A DNA stretch of 64,000 nt from an uncultured virus (IMG/VR IMGVR_UViG_3300042510_000354) (IMGVR_UViG_3300042510_000354:1-64000), one strand, 5' to 3'. Shown: positions 47,674 to 57,893, counted from the stretch's first letter. Program-made: numbers and translations. Notes: generated by a model from the letters alone, not told the origin.

Positions 47674-49531
47674 CATCGAAAGTGATGGTCTACTAGACAC
47701 TGTAAGTAAAGTTTGGATGATTGTGACAAATGATACTAGTACTGGTGAAGAGCTAATCTTTACCGACTATGATCCACAATATCCAAGCTTAGAGCAAGGC
47801 TTACAACACCTATCGAAAGCAACAAGTTTAATTGGCCATAATATTATTGGCTATGACTTACTTGTTCTCCGAAAACTATACAATTGGCTTCCAAATAAAG
47901 AAACTAAGTTATATGACACGATGTTACTATCACAAGTCATTAATTATGATCGATTTAATGGAAAGCATTCTCTAGCTGTATGGGGTGAATACCTTGGTCA
48001 TAGTAAGGTCGAGCATGAGGACTGGAGTCAGTACTCAACCGACATGCTACATCGGTGTAGAGAAGACGTAAAAATCAACGTTAAGGTCTATAGAGGTCTT
48101 ATTAAAGAATTAAAAGGTATGACTGAGAAAAAGCCATATCTTAAAACTTCTATTAAAAATGAGCACCTTACCGCACAATTTTGTGCTGATGCAGAATATA
48201 TAGGATGGCAATTTGACAAAGATGCTGCTACAAAACTATTGGCTGCTATGGAAGCTCAAATGGCAGAAGTTCAAGCTGTTATTGAGCCACGACTTAGTAC
48301 AGAAACTAAAGTCTTGGATAAACAACCTAAAATACCGAAGTGGATTAAGAACGGTAATTATGATGCCGTTACTGCTAGATATTTTAATATTGACCCTTCT
48401 AATGGCAGGGATGATCGTATGGTAGAGGGTCCATACCAACGATTTGAGTATGTACAACCAGACCTAGGTAATATTGATTCAGTAAAATTATATTTACATA
48501 AGATCGGTTGGGAACCTGACGATTGGAATTGGAAGAAACAAGGTAATGAGTTTATCAAAGTATCTGAAAAGTTAACTACTAGTTCACTAGAGAAGTTAGG
48601 TGAAGTAGGGATGCTAATTGATAAGTATTATACTACTAGATCTAGACACTCTATATTGTCTGGATGGTTGGAGTCTTTAGATGAGAATAACAGATTACAT
48701 GGTAGTTGTTTTACTATCTCTACTCCAACTGGTCGTGCTAGACATAGTGGTATTGTCAATGTTCCAGGTGCTGATTCCGAATGGGGTCCAGATATTCGTA
48801 AATTATTTATGGCTAGTCCTGGGTATGCAATTATTGGCGCTGACTCTTCTGGTAATCAATTTAGAGCTTTATGTCATTATCTAAAAAATGATGAATATAC
48901 TAATGAAGTTTTAAATGGAGATGTGCATCAAAAGAATGCAGATGTATTAACAGCTGTAATGACAGAAGAACAATCTAGGTTTCCTAAAATTATTAAGGAC
49001 CCTACTGTATCTCGTAAATTAGCAAAGCCATTCATTTATGCTTATTTGTTTGGTGCTGGTGGTGAGAAGGTTTCTTTAATCTTAACTGGTGTTCGTAATG
49101 CTAAACTTGGTAATAAGATTAAAGCTGAGTTTGCAAAACGTATTCCAGGACTAGATTCATTGATTAAGCGTATTAATGCTGTTTATAACCAAACAGAGTT
49201 ACGTGGCAGTCCTTGGATTCCTGCACTTGATGGTAGAAAGATTCCCTGTGAATCTGCTCATAAGTCTCTCAATTATCTATTACAGAGTTGTGAAGCTATT
49301 ACATGTAAAGCAGCTACTGCTCTTACTTATGTTAGACTCCAAGAGGAGAACATACCATTCAATCCATTGATATTTTATCATGATGAGATTGAATTTGAAG
49401 TTCCTAGTGAATATGCCGAGAGAGCTTCTGCAATTGCTAAGAAAGCTTTTCAAGATGGTCCAAAGCTATTCGGTGTAGAAATTATGGATGGTGAATCTAA
49501 AATTGGTAATAATTGGTATGATGTTCATTAA
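47654..49531 (+). CDS. DNA polymerase, family A (T7 gp5-like, with 3'-5' exonuclease)
   Basis: FDIESDGL, GHNIIGYD, TPTGR, IGADSSG, AKPFIYAYLFGAG, LLQS, FYHDE. Confidence 0.95.
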   Translation: MSNLVFDIESDGLLDTVSKVWMIVTNDTSTGEELIFTDYDPQYPSLEQGLQHLSKATSLIGHNIIGYDLLVLRKLYNWLPNKETKLYDTMLLSQVINYDRFNGKHSLAVWGEYLGHSKVEHEDWSQYSTDMLHRCREDVKINVKVYRGLIKELKGMTEKKPYLKTSIKNEHLTAQFCADAEYIGWQFDKDAATKLLAAMEAQMAEVQAVIEPRLSTETKVLDKQPKIPKWIKNGNYDAVTARYFNIDPSNGRDDRMVEGPYQRFEYVQPDLGNIDSVKLYLHKIGWEPDDWNWKKQGNEFIKVSEKLTTSSLEKLGEVGMLIDKYYTTRSRHSILSGWLESLDENNRLHGSCFTISTPTGRARHSGIVNVPGADSEWGPDIRKLFMASPGYAIIGADSSGNQFRALCHYLKNDEYTNEVLNGDVHQKNADVLTAVMTEEQSRFPKIIKDPTVSRKLAKPFIYAYLFGAGGEKVSLILTGVRNAKLGNKIKAEFAKRIPGLDSLIKRINAVYNQTELRGSPWIPALDGRKIPCESAHKSLNYLLQSCEAITCKAATALTYVRLQEENIPFNPLIFYHDEIEFEVPSEYAERASAIAKKAFQDGPKLFGVEIMDGESKIGNNWYDVH

Positions 49532-49543
49532 TAAGGAAATAAT

Positions 49544-49741
49544 ATGAGCAAAAATGTTAGTAGTATTGGTCGTAGAGGTATCCATACAGTTGGAGCAGAT
49601 AATATTAATGTAAATATAGATCCAAATAAAGCAGCTAATTTTTATAAAAGTTTAGTTGATGAAAAGATTGCAAATAACGGTTTAAAACTATTAAAGCATA
49701 AACCTCTTTGGTCTACAGGTAAAAGTAAAATTAAATTTTGA
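49544..49741 (+). CDS. Hypothetical protein
   Basis: AAGGA RBS. Confidence 0.55.
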   Translation: MSKNVSSIGRRGIHTVGADNINVNIDPNKAANFYKSLVDEKIANNGLKLLKHKPLWSTGKSKIKF

Positions 49742-50334
49742 AAGAAAATATGACTAAGTCTAATTTAGTAAAATTTATTGAAGCACAAAAAGCATGTGCT
49801 AATGCAGTATTAAACATGTTGCACATGGTAGACCCAGATTCTTGTATCTTAGGTGGAGCACCACGAGACTGGGCATTAGGTAACCCTGCAAAGGATTTAG
49901 ATATCTATATTCATGGGTATCCTAATGAGTCTAGAGATAGTATCAAAGACAGGATATCACAAGCATTAGAGCTTCAAGCTGATGAATTAGAAGATGTAAC
50001 AAATAATTCTTATTATACACATAGTTTAGATAATGGAGTTGTTGGTGTATTAAACGTAAAAAATTGTTTTATGCCAATTCAAATTGTATTATGTGATAGA
50101 CAACCAATTGAGATGTTAAACACATTTCATGGCAGTTTGTCTAAAGCTTCTTATACTCGTGGTTATTATTGGGATTATTTAACTAATTCGGAAGATTATG
50201 AATTAGACACTAGTGTAGAGTTTGACATTAGTAAAGAATTCAAAGTTCATTTAATTAGAAAGAATGATGATCCAAAGTATATAGCTAAAATTAAAGCTAA
50301 ATACCCTGAATTTACACACATACACGAATCATGA
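49738..50334 (+). CDS. Nucleotidyltransferase (PolyA polymerase/CCA-adding head-like)
   Basis: LGGAPRD...KDLDIY motif. Confidence 0.75.
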   Translation: MKENMTKSNLVKFIEAQKACANAVLNMLHMVDPDSCILGGAPRDWALGNPAKDLDIYIHGYPNESRDSIKDRISQALELQADELEDVTNNSYYTHSLDNGVVGVLNVKNCFMPIQIVLCDRQPIEMLNTFHGSLSKASYTRGYYWDYLTNSEDYELDTSVEFDISKEFKVHLIRKNDDPKYIAKIKAKYPEFTHIHES

Positions 50335-50822
50335 ACATTTTTTATTTAGACAAAAACCAAACAGAATGTGCTAAGGCTCACTATGATTCTCATGTAGTAA
50401 AGATGATTCTTGAGTCAGCACAGTTATTATCTACCGCCCATCATCTAGTTGGTAATGGTGGGCCTTACAAAAAGACACATGACAATCATCCTTCTGCTGT
50501 TTGGGTTCGTAGTAGTATTAAGCATTATATGTGGCTTTATATTCTTATGGAAGAACTTGGTAAAGAGTATACTCACCGATTTGGAAAAATACATAAAACT
50601 ATTTTAGATCATTCAGCTACACTTGCTAGTTTTCCAAGGGACATTAAAGCAGATGACTGGCAAGATCCTCCTTTAGCCATGCCAGATCATTGTAAATTAA
50701 ATGATGCAGTTGAATCATATCGAAATTATTATTTAACTGAAAAGATAAACTTAATGCGATACACAAATAGAAATGCACCCTCATGGTTACAAAAGAAGAT
50801 CGCTACGATTCCCTGTATTTAG
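50331..50822 (+). CDS. Pyrimidine-dimer DNA glycosylase/endonuclease V-like family protein
   Basis: MNIFYLD...HVVKMILESAQLLST...TH.NHPS..W...AMP...V..YR.YY. Confidence 0.7.
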   Translation: MNIFYLDKNQTECAKAHYDSHVVKMILESAQLLSTAHHLVGNGGPYKKTHDNHPSAVWVRSSIKHYMWLYILMEELGKEYTHRFGKIHKTILDHSATLASFPRDIKADDWQDPPLAMPDHCKLNDAVESYRNYYLTEKINLMRYTNRNAPSWLQKKIATIPCI

Positions 50823-51196
50823 ATCTTGCTAAAAGAATAGCACTAATGTCTCATGCTGAGAAGCGTAAGGTTGGTGCTATTGCAGTAAAAAATAATAATA
50901 TTCTCAGCTTTGGTTTTAATGGGACCCCAACAGGTTTCCCTAATAAATGTGAAGATGATTATAATAAAACACTATCCTATGTAATTCATGCTGAAGCAAA
51001 TTTAGTCTCTAAGGCTGCTGCAGAAGGTTTGAGTTTAAAGGGATCAACAGTATATGTGACAACTGCTCCTTGTGACAATTGTTCACTGCTACTAATCCAA
51101 TCTGGCGTTGAAAGAGTAATATTTTCAGACAGATATAAAACTGATTCAGGTATTTTAACATTAATTCACAGTAATATAAGAGTACAACAAAAATGA
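50783..51196 (+). CDS. dCMP deaminase
   Basis: VGA...GFNG.P.G, HAE.N, PC..C motifs. Confidence 0.9.
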   Translation: MVTKEDRYDSLYLDLAKRIALMSHAEKRKVGAIAVKNNNILSFGFNGTPTGFPNKCEDDYNKTLSYVIHAEANLVSKAAAEGLSLKGSTVYVTTAPCDNCSLLLIQSGVERVIFSDRYKTDSGILTLIHSNIRVQQK

Positions 51197-51381
51197 AAAA
51201 ATCATTAGTATACAGAGTTCCATCGGCAACATATACTTATCCTCGTGGCGATAAGTATTTATATCTTAGCTTTGTAGATCGTCCTACAATTATTAAGTAT
51301 AAAGTTCGTAATAAAGTTGGCAAGAAACTACTAGCTCGAGTTAAGAAATATGGCTTTGAGAAAGTAACCTACCCAGTATGA
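51193..51381 (+). CDS. Hypothetical basic protein
   Basis: ATGA-coupled ORF. Confidence 0.55.
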   Translation: MKKSLVYRVPSATYTYPRGDKYLYLSFVDRPTIIKYKVRNKVGKKLLARVKKYGFEKVTYPV

Positions 51382-52082
51382 TAGCATTAGTAGACGGAGA
51401 CGTTTTACTATATCAGTCTATTTGGGATACTGAAAACGTAGAAGAAGCTAAGATTAAATTAGACATAGTTCTTCAAGAAGTTATTGAAAACACCTTTTGC
51501 ACTGATTATCTCATTGCAATTGGTGGTCTAAATAATTGGAGAGAAGAGTTTTTTAAAGAATATAAAAGAAGTGCATCTAGGTTAGCATCTAAGAAAAATA
51601 GGGCTGAATATTTTGATGAACTCAAAGAATGGTTTTGTAATCATCCTAATGCTGTAGTTGCTCACGGATTTGAGGCAGATGACTTAATTCGAATTTGGGC
51701 GGTAGAAGCGACTAGGGATAATGATCCGTTTGTAGTATGTACAATAGACAAAGATCTAGATTGTATTCCTGGTAAACATTTTAAACCAGGAAAGGATGAA
51801 CATTATGAAGTAGATGAGGAATCAGCTGATATACACTATTGGAAACAAATTCTAATGGGTGATGCAGTAGATAATATTCCTGGACTACCTAAAATCGGGC
51901 CAGTAAAGGCTTTAAAGATTTTAGAAGGCTGTGATAATAATAATAAAAGAAAGGCAGCAGTAATAAATGCTTACAAACAACAATATGGCGACCAGTGGAA
52001 ACCTTATTTACTTGCCAATGGCAGGTTGATCCACATCTGGCGCTATATAAATGACCACTTCCAAATTAAAGAAGAAGGATAA
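51378..52082 (+). CDS. 5'-3' exonuclease (T7 gp6-like)
   Basis: LVDGD, EADD, DKDL, GD.VDNIPG.P.IG motifs. Confidence 0.9.
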   Translation: MIALVDGDVLLYQSIWDTENVEEAKIKLDIVLQEVIENTFCTDYLIAIGGLNNWREEFFKEYKRSASRLASKKNRAEYFDELKEWFCNHPNAVVAHGFEADDLIRIWAVEATRDNDPFVVCTIDKDLDCIPGKHFKPGKDEHYEVDEESADIHYWKQILMGDAVDNIPGLPKIGPVKALKILEGCDNNNKRKAAVINAYKQQYGDQWKPYLLANGRLIHIWRYINDHFQIKEEG

Positions 52083-52497
52083 TGGGCACTGGGAATTTAC
52101 TGAACAACTAGATCATGAAAATGCTTTTGGATTTATTTATTTAATTAAAGATAAAAAGAATGGTATGATGTATATTGGTAAAAAGATGTTTAAAGGGAAT
52201 GGTAAACTTAATAAAGGTAAACCAAGCAATTGGAGAATCTATACTAGTTCCTCTAAAGACATCAATGCACTAATAGAAGAAAATGGCATAGACTCATTTG
52301 AATTCCACGTATTAGAGCAGTATTACACCAGAGGAGGTTTAAGTTGGGCAGAAACATGGTCTCAATGTTTTGTAGAAGTTCCAACTAATAATCATATCTG
52401 GTATAATAGGTTCATTGATAAAGTACAATGGCGCTCTTCTGAAACAGTATCTCTCAGACATCGTAAAAGATTAAATAAATTAGCAGGATTAAAATAA
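52051..52497 (+). CDS. GIY-YIG (Seg-like) endonuclease
   Basis: FGFIYLI...YIGKK...W..Y.SS...E...YN. Confidence 0.75.
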   Translation: MTTSKLKKKDNGHWEFTEQLDHENAFGFIYLIKDKKNGMMYIGKKMFKGNGKLNKGKPSNWRIYTSSSKDINALIEENGIDSFEFHVLEQYYTRGGLSWAETWSQCFVEVPTNNHIWYNRFIDKVQWRSSETVSLRHRKRLNKLAGLK

Positions 52498-52673
52498 TGA
52501 AATTAATTGGTTTTATGCTTGGTTTTTGTTCAATGCTTGTAATATTAACACAATCAGTTAACTTATTAACAGGTGCAGAGCAATGGACTTCAGCAGACTT
52601 TTTATTAGTCTCTATAGCATTAAGTTTTGTGTCAACAGCTTGTTTTGCAGCTAACAATGTAATTAATAAATAA
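52497..52673 (+). CDS. Small two-TM membrane protein (58 aa)
   Basis: AGGA RBS, TAATG coupling; MKLIGFMLGFCSMLVIL...; not in the ORF track. Confidence 0.55.
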   Translation: MKLIGFMLGFCSMLVILTQSVNLLTGAEQWTSADFLLVSIALSFVSTACFAANNVINK

Positions 52674-52674
52674 A

Positions 52675-54306
52675 ATGGGAAAAATAGTTGTAAAGGATCA
52701 ACCTTGCCTAAGTGAAGACTGTGGTAGTAGTGATGCTAGACAGATATACGAGGATAGAACCTCATATTGTTTTTCATGTAGTGGTTGGTTTCCAGATCAA
52801 AGTAAGGATTCTCTAGTGACAACTAAGAAGGAAAATTATGGCACTGAAACATTAGAAGAAATTTCTAGTTACGCTATAAGAGGTTTTGCTGACCGCAAGA
52901 TCACAAAGAAAATTGCAGAGCACTTTAATATAAGGGTTACAGTAAATGAAAAAGGTGATGTGGATACACATTATTACCCATATGGTATTAATGAAATTAC
53001 AGGATATAAGAAACGGATTCTCCCTAAAGACTTCACAGTTGTCGGAAAAATTAAAAGTCTTTTTGGACAAATGCAAGCGGGTAATGGGGGTAAACAGTTA
53101 GTAATTACTGAAGGTGAGATTGATGCATTAACTGTATCACAGGCTTGGTTCGATAAATATGAAAAGATTTATCCAGTAGTTTCTATACCATCAGCAAGTC
53201 AAACTAGTATCTTATTGAGTAATAGAGATTGGTTACGTAGTTTTGATTCAGTAGTTATTTGGTTTGACAATGATGAGCCAGGAAAAGAAGCTGCTGATCG
53301 TGCTGCTAAGATTATTGGTTTTGACAAAGTTAAAATTGTTAAGAACACTAAGTTAAAAGATGCCAATGAACTTTATTTAAAAGAAGGGCATATGGCAGTC
53401 TTATCTCAAGTTTGGGATGCTCAAGCTTGGAGTCCAGTTGGCATTGTTAACTCAGCGGATACTTGGGATTTATACAAGGCCGAATCAGAGATTGATTATG
53501 TACCTTGGCCTGAATTTGCTGTAGATCTTAATAAAAAGATTTATGGTAGATGTTTAGGCTCTATTACTGTACTTTGCTCAGGTACTGGTATGGGTAAGAG
53601 TTCTTTTCTAAAAGAAGATCAATATCATTTACTTCAAACAACAAATGAAAAGATTGGCATTTGTTCTTTAGAAGAAAGTGTGTCTGAGACAGTTGAGGGT
53701 ATTATGGCTTTACACTTAAATAAGCGTATTCAATTACCTGATGTTGAAGTTACTGAGGATGAAGAAAAGAATGCTTGGGCTGAAACTATGGGTACAGGTC
53801 GCATAATGTTCTTAGATCATCAAGGTTCAATGGGAGATGATTCTCTAATTGATAAAATGGAATTCATGGCTTTAAGTGGATGTAAATTTATTTATCTTGA
53901 TCACATTACTATTGCAGTATCAGATGCTGAAGATAATGATGTTAATCGAGCTACAGATAAACTTATGTCAGACCTACTAAAGCTAGCCAAGCGTCATGGG
54001 ATATGGCTTGGTGTTGTTAGTCATTTAAGAAAAACAAACAATAATCAAAAATCTTTTGAAGAGGGTGCTGTACCTTCAGATGATGATTTAAAAGGTTCTG
54101 GTTCTCTAAAGCAAATTGGTGCTCAACTAATTGCTATTAGTAGGAATAAACTTGAAGCAGACCCTGTGCAGAGGCACACTAGTAAGCTTTGGGTACTAAA
54201 AGATAGATGGACTGGCAGAACTGGTCCTATGGGTCAATATAGATTTATTGAAGACACTGGTAGATTGATTAATGCAAGTAATAGTTTTGAGGATCTTACT
54301 ATATGA
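52675..54306 (+). CDS. DNA primase-helicase (T7 gp4-like)
   Basis: N-terminal Zn finger (C..C.SSD...CFSC), TOPRIM EGEIDA/FDND, Walker A SGTGMGKS, LDHI, SHL, LKGSG. Confidence 0.95.
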   Translation: MGKIVVKDQPCLSEDCGSSDARQIYEDRTSYCFSCSGWFPDQSKDSLVTTKKENYGTETLEEISSYAIRGFADRKITKKIAEHFNIRVTVNEKGDVDTHYYPYGINEITGYKKRILPKDFTVVGKIKSLFGQMQAGNGGKQLVITEGEIDALTVSQAWFDKYEKIYPVVSIPSASQTSILLSNRDWLRSFDSVVIWFDNDEPGKEAADRAAKIIGFDKVKIVKNTKLKDANELYLKEGHMAVLSQVWDAQAWSPVGIVNSADTWDLYKAESEIDYVPWPEFAVDLNKKIYGRCLGSITVLCSGTGMGKSSFLKEDQYHLLQTTNEKIGICSLEESVSETVEGIMALHLNKRIQLPDVEVTEDEEKNAWAETMGTGRIMFLDHQGSMGDDSLIDKMEFMALSGCKFIYLDHITIAVSDAEDNDVNRATDKLMSDLLKLAKRHGIWLGVVSHLRKTNNNQKSFEEGAVPSDDDLKGSGSLKQIGAQLIAISRNKLEADPVQRHTSKLWVLKDRWTGRTGPMGQYRFIEDTGRLINASNSFEDLTI

Positions 54307-54506
54307 TGAGATATTCTGTATTTGCTTTTGATCACTCTAGTAAAAAATATAATGAGTATATCTATGAAAATAGTAAAGAATGTGAGGCAGCTCTTGAAAG
54401 CTTTACGGAGTTTGATATTACTGCCTTTATATGTATTTCAGATGAGTCGATGGAGGGTATGATAGCAGAAGTGTTATTACGCCCTGGTGCTTGCTTTAAC
54501 GCTTAA
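54303..54506 (+). CDS. Hypothetical protein
   Basis: GAGGA RBS, ATGA overlap. Confidence 0.5.
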   Translation: MMRYSVFAFDHSSKKYNEYIYENSKECEAALESFTEFDITAFICISDESMEGMIAEVLLRPGACFNA

Positions 54507-54520
54507 TAATAAAAATAATA

Positions 54521-56524
54521 ATGAAATACTACGATATTGAAATTGATTTAGATAAAGATAAACTTTTAACAGATTATGCCTTTGACATGGTACTAGAGTT
54601 CTATGCAAAAGATAATGAAAAATCTCCACAGGAAGTTTATGCTAGAGCTTGTCGTGCTTGGAGCACATTTAAAGGTCAAACAGATTTAGAGTTAGCTCAA
54701 AGACTGTATGACTATATCTCAAACAAATGGTTTATGTTTGCCTCACCTGTATTATCGAATGCTCCCGATATTAATGGTAAAGGTAAAGGAATGCCAATCT
54801 CTTGCTTTTTAACTTATGTTCCTGATACTGTCTCTGGTCTTATTGATCATAGTTCTGAAATTCGTTGGTTATCCGTCATGGGCGGAGGGGTCGGAGGTCA
54901 TTGGTCTGACATCCGTAGTGTATCTGACATTGCTCCTGGGCCTATACCTTTCTTAAGCACAATTGATGCTGATATGACTGCTTATAGGCAGGGTAAAACT
55001 AGAAAGGGATCTTATGCTGCATATCTCGATATTGATCATCCTGATATTCTTGAATTTATTAGTATTCGTGTTCCCACAGGTGATAACAATCGTAAATGTC
55101 TTAACTTACATAACGCTGTTAATATCACTGATAATTTCATGGAAGCTGTCAAAGAAGGTAGAACATATGAGCTTGTTGATCCAAAGAAAGGACCAACAGG
55201 CGAATCCCTTGATGCTAGAAAAGTATTTATCAAGTTATTGGAAACTCGCTTCCGTACAGGTGAGCCTTACCTTAACTTCATTGATACTGTTAATGACGCA
55301 TTACCTATTCAATTAAAGGAAAAAGGTTTAAAAGTACATGGTAGCAACCTCTGTAATGAAATTCATTTACCTACGAATGAAGATCGTACAGCAGTATGTT
55401 GTTTAAGCTCTGTTAATCTAGAACACTATGACCAATGGAAACATACATCAATGGTCAAAGATTTAGTAACAATGCTTGACAACGTACTAGAATATTTTAT
55501 TGAGAATGCTCCAGACAGTCTTAGTAGGGCAGTATATAGCGCTACTCAAGAAAGATCTATTGGTGTTGGAGCAATGGGTTTTCATAACTTGTTACAGAGT
55601 AGAATGATACCTTTTGAAAGTAACGATGCATCCAAGCTAAACATTGAAATATTTGATTATATTAAAAATCAAGCAAAAGAGATCTCTGGCGCTTTAGCTG
55701 AAAGTCGTGGACCTGCTCCAGATATGTCTCCAGTAATGGTAAGGCATTCACATTTACTAGCAGTAGCCCCTAATGCTTCTTCTGGTATTCTGTTAAGTAC
55801 TTCTCCTAGTATTGAACCTAATAAGGCTAATGCATATACACATCGTACTCGTGCAGGATCTTTCTTAGTTAAAAACAAATATCTTGAAAAGTATTTAGAT
55901 AAGATTCAACATAATACAAATGAAGTATGGGCTAATATTATTACTAGTGGTGGATCTGTGCAACATTTGCCATTCTTAGAAGATAGTATAAAAGATGTGT
56001 TTAAAACTAGCTTTGAGTTAGATCAAAGTTGGGTTATTAAACATGCTTCAGATAGACAAAAGTATGTTTGTCAAGGCCAATCTGTTAACTTATTTTTCCC
56101 TGCAGGAGCAGAAAAGAAATATGTTAAAGATGCACATATCTTAGCTTGGGAATCTGGTTTAAAAGGTTTGTATTATCTCCGTACAGAAGCTAAAGTTCGT
56201 GCTGAAAATGTCTCAGAAAAAGTTAAAGAAGATAAATTAAAATATGATAAAACAACAATCATATATGGTAAACCAAATTGTCCAAATTGTGAGATGGCTA
56301 AAGCTTTGTTAAATTCAAAGAGTATTTCATTTGACTATATTGATATTGTAGCTTTAGGCAAAACAGCAGCTGAAGTTACTGGTCGTGATGATGTTAGATC
56401 GTTACCACAAATTTATTTAGACGGAGAGTATATCGGTGGATTTGATAAACTATATGCTCATTTCCAAACATTAACAAACGCAGTAGAGGCAGAAGACAAT
56501 GAATGCAAAGCTTGTGAAGGATAA
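54521..56524 (+). CDS. nrdA: Ribonucleotide reductase class Ia alpha subunit with embedded glutaredoxin domain
   Basis: SCF, SNLCNEI, APNASS, KGLYYLR, then GKPNCPNC...PQIY.DGEYIGG, and terminal CKACEG. Confidence 0.92.
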   Translation: MKYYDIEIDLDKDKLLTDYAFDMVLEFYAKDNEKSPQEVYARACRAWSTFKGQTDLELAQRLYDYISNKWFMFASPVLSNAPDINGKGKGMPISCFLTYVPDTVSGLIDHSSEIRWLSVMGGGVGGHWSDIRSVSDIAPGPIPFLSTIDADMTAYRQGKTRKGSYAAYLDIDHPDILEFISIRVPTGDNNRKCLNLHNAVNITDNFMEAVKEGRTYELVDPKKGPTGESLDARKVFIKLLETRFRTGEPYLNFIDTVNDALPIQLKEKGLKVHGSNLCNEIHLPTNEDRTAVCCLSSVNLEHYDQWKHTSMVKDLVTMLDNVLEYFIENAPDSLSRAVYSATQERSIGVGAMGFHNLLQSRMIPFESNDASKLNIEIFDYIKNQAKEISGALAESRGPAPDMSPVMVRHSHLLAVAPNASSGILLSTSPSIEPNKANAYTHRTRAGSFLVKNKYLEKYLDKIQHNTNEVWANIITSGGSVQHLPFLEDSIKDVFKTSFELDQSWVIKHASDRQKYVCQGQSVNLFFPAGAEKKYVKDAHILAWESGLKGLYYLRTEAKVRAENVSEKVKEDKLKYDKTTIIYGKPNCPNCEMAKALLNSKSISFDYIDIVALGKTAAEVTGRDDVRSLPQIYLDGEYIGGFDKLYAHFQTLTNAVEAEDNECKACEG

Positions 56525-57482
56525 TATTCCTGCATCAACATTAACCACTTTTAATAAAACTTATAAACCTTTCTTTCATGATTGGGCTGTAGATTTAACA
56601 AAGAAACATGAAGAAATTCATTGGACTGAAGATGAAGCTGATTTATCTGAAGATGTATCAGATTGGAAACTAAAGTTAAATGATCAAGAAAAAGAGTTTA
56701 TTACTCATATCTTAAGATTATTTACTCAAGGTGATGTGCAAGTAGGTCAAAACTATTATGACTATTTAATACCTAAATTTAAGAACAATGAAGTTCGGGT
56801 TATGCTAGGTTCCTTTGCTGGCCGTGAAGGTACTCATCAAAGGGCTTATGCACTATTAAATGATACTTTAGGTTTACCTGATGAAGAGTATCATCGATTC
56901 TTAGAATATAAAGAAATGGCAGATAAGATTGACTTTATGCAATCTAATGATACAGGAACACATTCTGGCGTAGCTTTAACTTTAGCCAAAGGTGTATTTA
57001 ATGAAGGTGTTGCTTTATTCGCTTCATTTGTTATGTTACTTAACTTCCAACGTTTCGGTAAAATGAAAGGTATGGGAACTGTAGTTGAATGGTCTATTCG
57101 AGATGAAACAGTACACGTAGAAGGTGGTGCGGCATTATTCCGTAAGTATTGTGAAGAACATCCTCGTATTATCAATGATGAGTTTAAATCTAAAATTTAT
57201 CAAATGGCTAAAGAAGCTGTTGAGTTAGAAGATAGGTTTATTGATCTTGCCTTTACTGGTAATAAAATTGAAGGATTAACTAAAGAAGATGTAAGAAATT
57301 ATATTAGATTTATCACAGACCGTCGCCTTATTCAGCTTGGTTTAAAACCAGTATTCCGAGTAAAAGAAAATCCTTTAACTTGGCTTGACTGGGTTTTATC
57401 AGGTGTATCTCACGATAACTTCTTTGAGAAGCGTGTTACTGAGTATAGTGTTAATGGTATGAATGGTAACTGGGATTGGTAA
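56499..57482 (+). CDS. nrdB: Ribonucleotide reductase class Ia beta subunit
   Basis: FTQGD, E.THQRAY, EGV.LF.SF, RDE.VH, NFFE.RVTEY. Confidence 0.93.
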   Translation: MNAKLVKDNIPASTLTTFNKTYKPFFHDWAVDLTKKHEEIHWTEDEADLSEDVSDWKLKLNDQEKEFITHILRLFTQGDVQVGQNYYDYLIPKFKNNEVRVMLGSFAGREGTHQRAYALLNDTLGLPDEEYHRFLEYKEMADKIDFMQSNDTGTHSGVALTLAKGVFNEGVALFASFVMLLNFQRFGKMKGMGTVVEWSIRDETVHVEGGAALFRKYCEEHPRIINDEFKSKIYQMAKEAVELEDRFIDLAFTGNKIEGLTKEDVRNYIRFITDRRLIQLGLKPVFRVKENPLTWLDWVLSGVSHDNFFEKRVTEYSVNGMNGNWDW

Positions 57483-57727
57483 TGACTCCATCAGATAAAA
57501 TTAAACTTACAAATATGGTTGATCAAGGTGTTAACCATACTTTATCAGCATTAAATGTAACAAATCCAGAAGAAATTATGAATCATTTTGAGAGAGTTTC
57601 TTTATCTATTGTAGAAGGATCTTCTTTTGAAGATTCAGAAGATCTTGTAAAATTCTTTGCAGTATATCTACAAAAGAAAGCGGATAAATTAGGTGTTAAA
57701 CGTAGTTACGCAGATGAACAAAAATAA
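57476..57727 (+). CDS. Hypothetical protein
   Basis: Packed ORF (probable start ATG 57482). Confidence 0.5.
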   Translation: MVMTPSDKIKLTNMVDQGVNHTLSALNVTNPEEIMNHFERVSLSIVEGSSFEDSEDLVKFFAVYLQKKADKLGVKRSYADEQK

Positions 57728-57893
57728 TACCACAAATTGGCAGGAATTAGAACGTGAAGAAAAACAATTTAAAGATGAACGAAGCTCAAACTCAGATAGA
57801 CACAAAAGACCTTATAAGCGAGAGCGACAACAAGGAAGATGGTGGGACGAATACAGTTCCGAAGATGAAGATGACATTGACGGATCAAATTAA
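57714..57893 (+). CDS. Hypothetical charged protein
   Basis: PYKRE motif, acidic tail. Confidence 0.45.
   Translation: MNKNNTTNWQELEREEKQFKDERSSNSDRHKRPYKRERQQGRWWDEYSSEDEDDIDGSN

Noticed and set aside
52497..52673. Two-TM protein as a holin
   Set aside because: It sits in the replication module with no adjacent endolysin; no lysis cassette is recognisable in the window
47654..57482. Introns or inteins in polA, primase-helicase, nrdA or nrdB
   Set aside because: The ORFs are continuous and of normal length with no intein splice motifs; the extra NrdA length is the Grx domain
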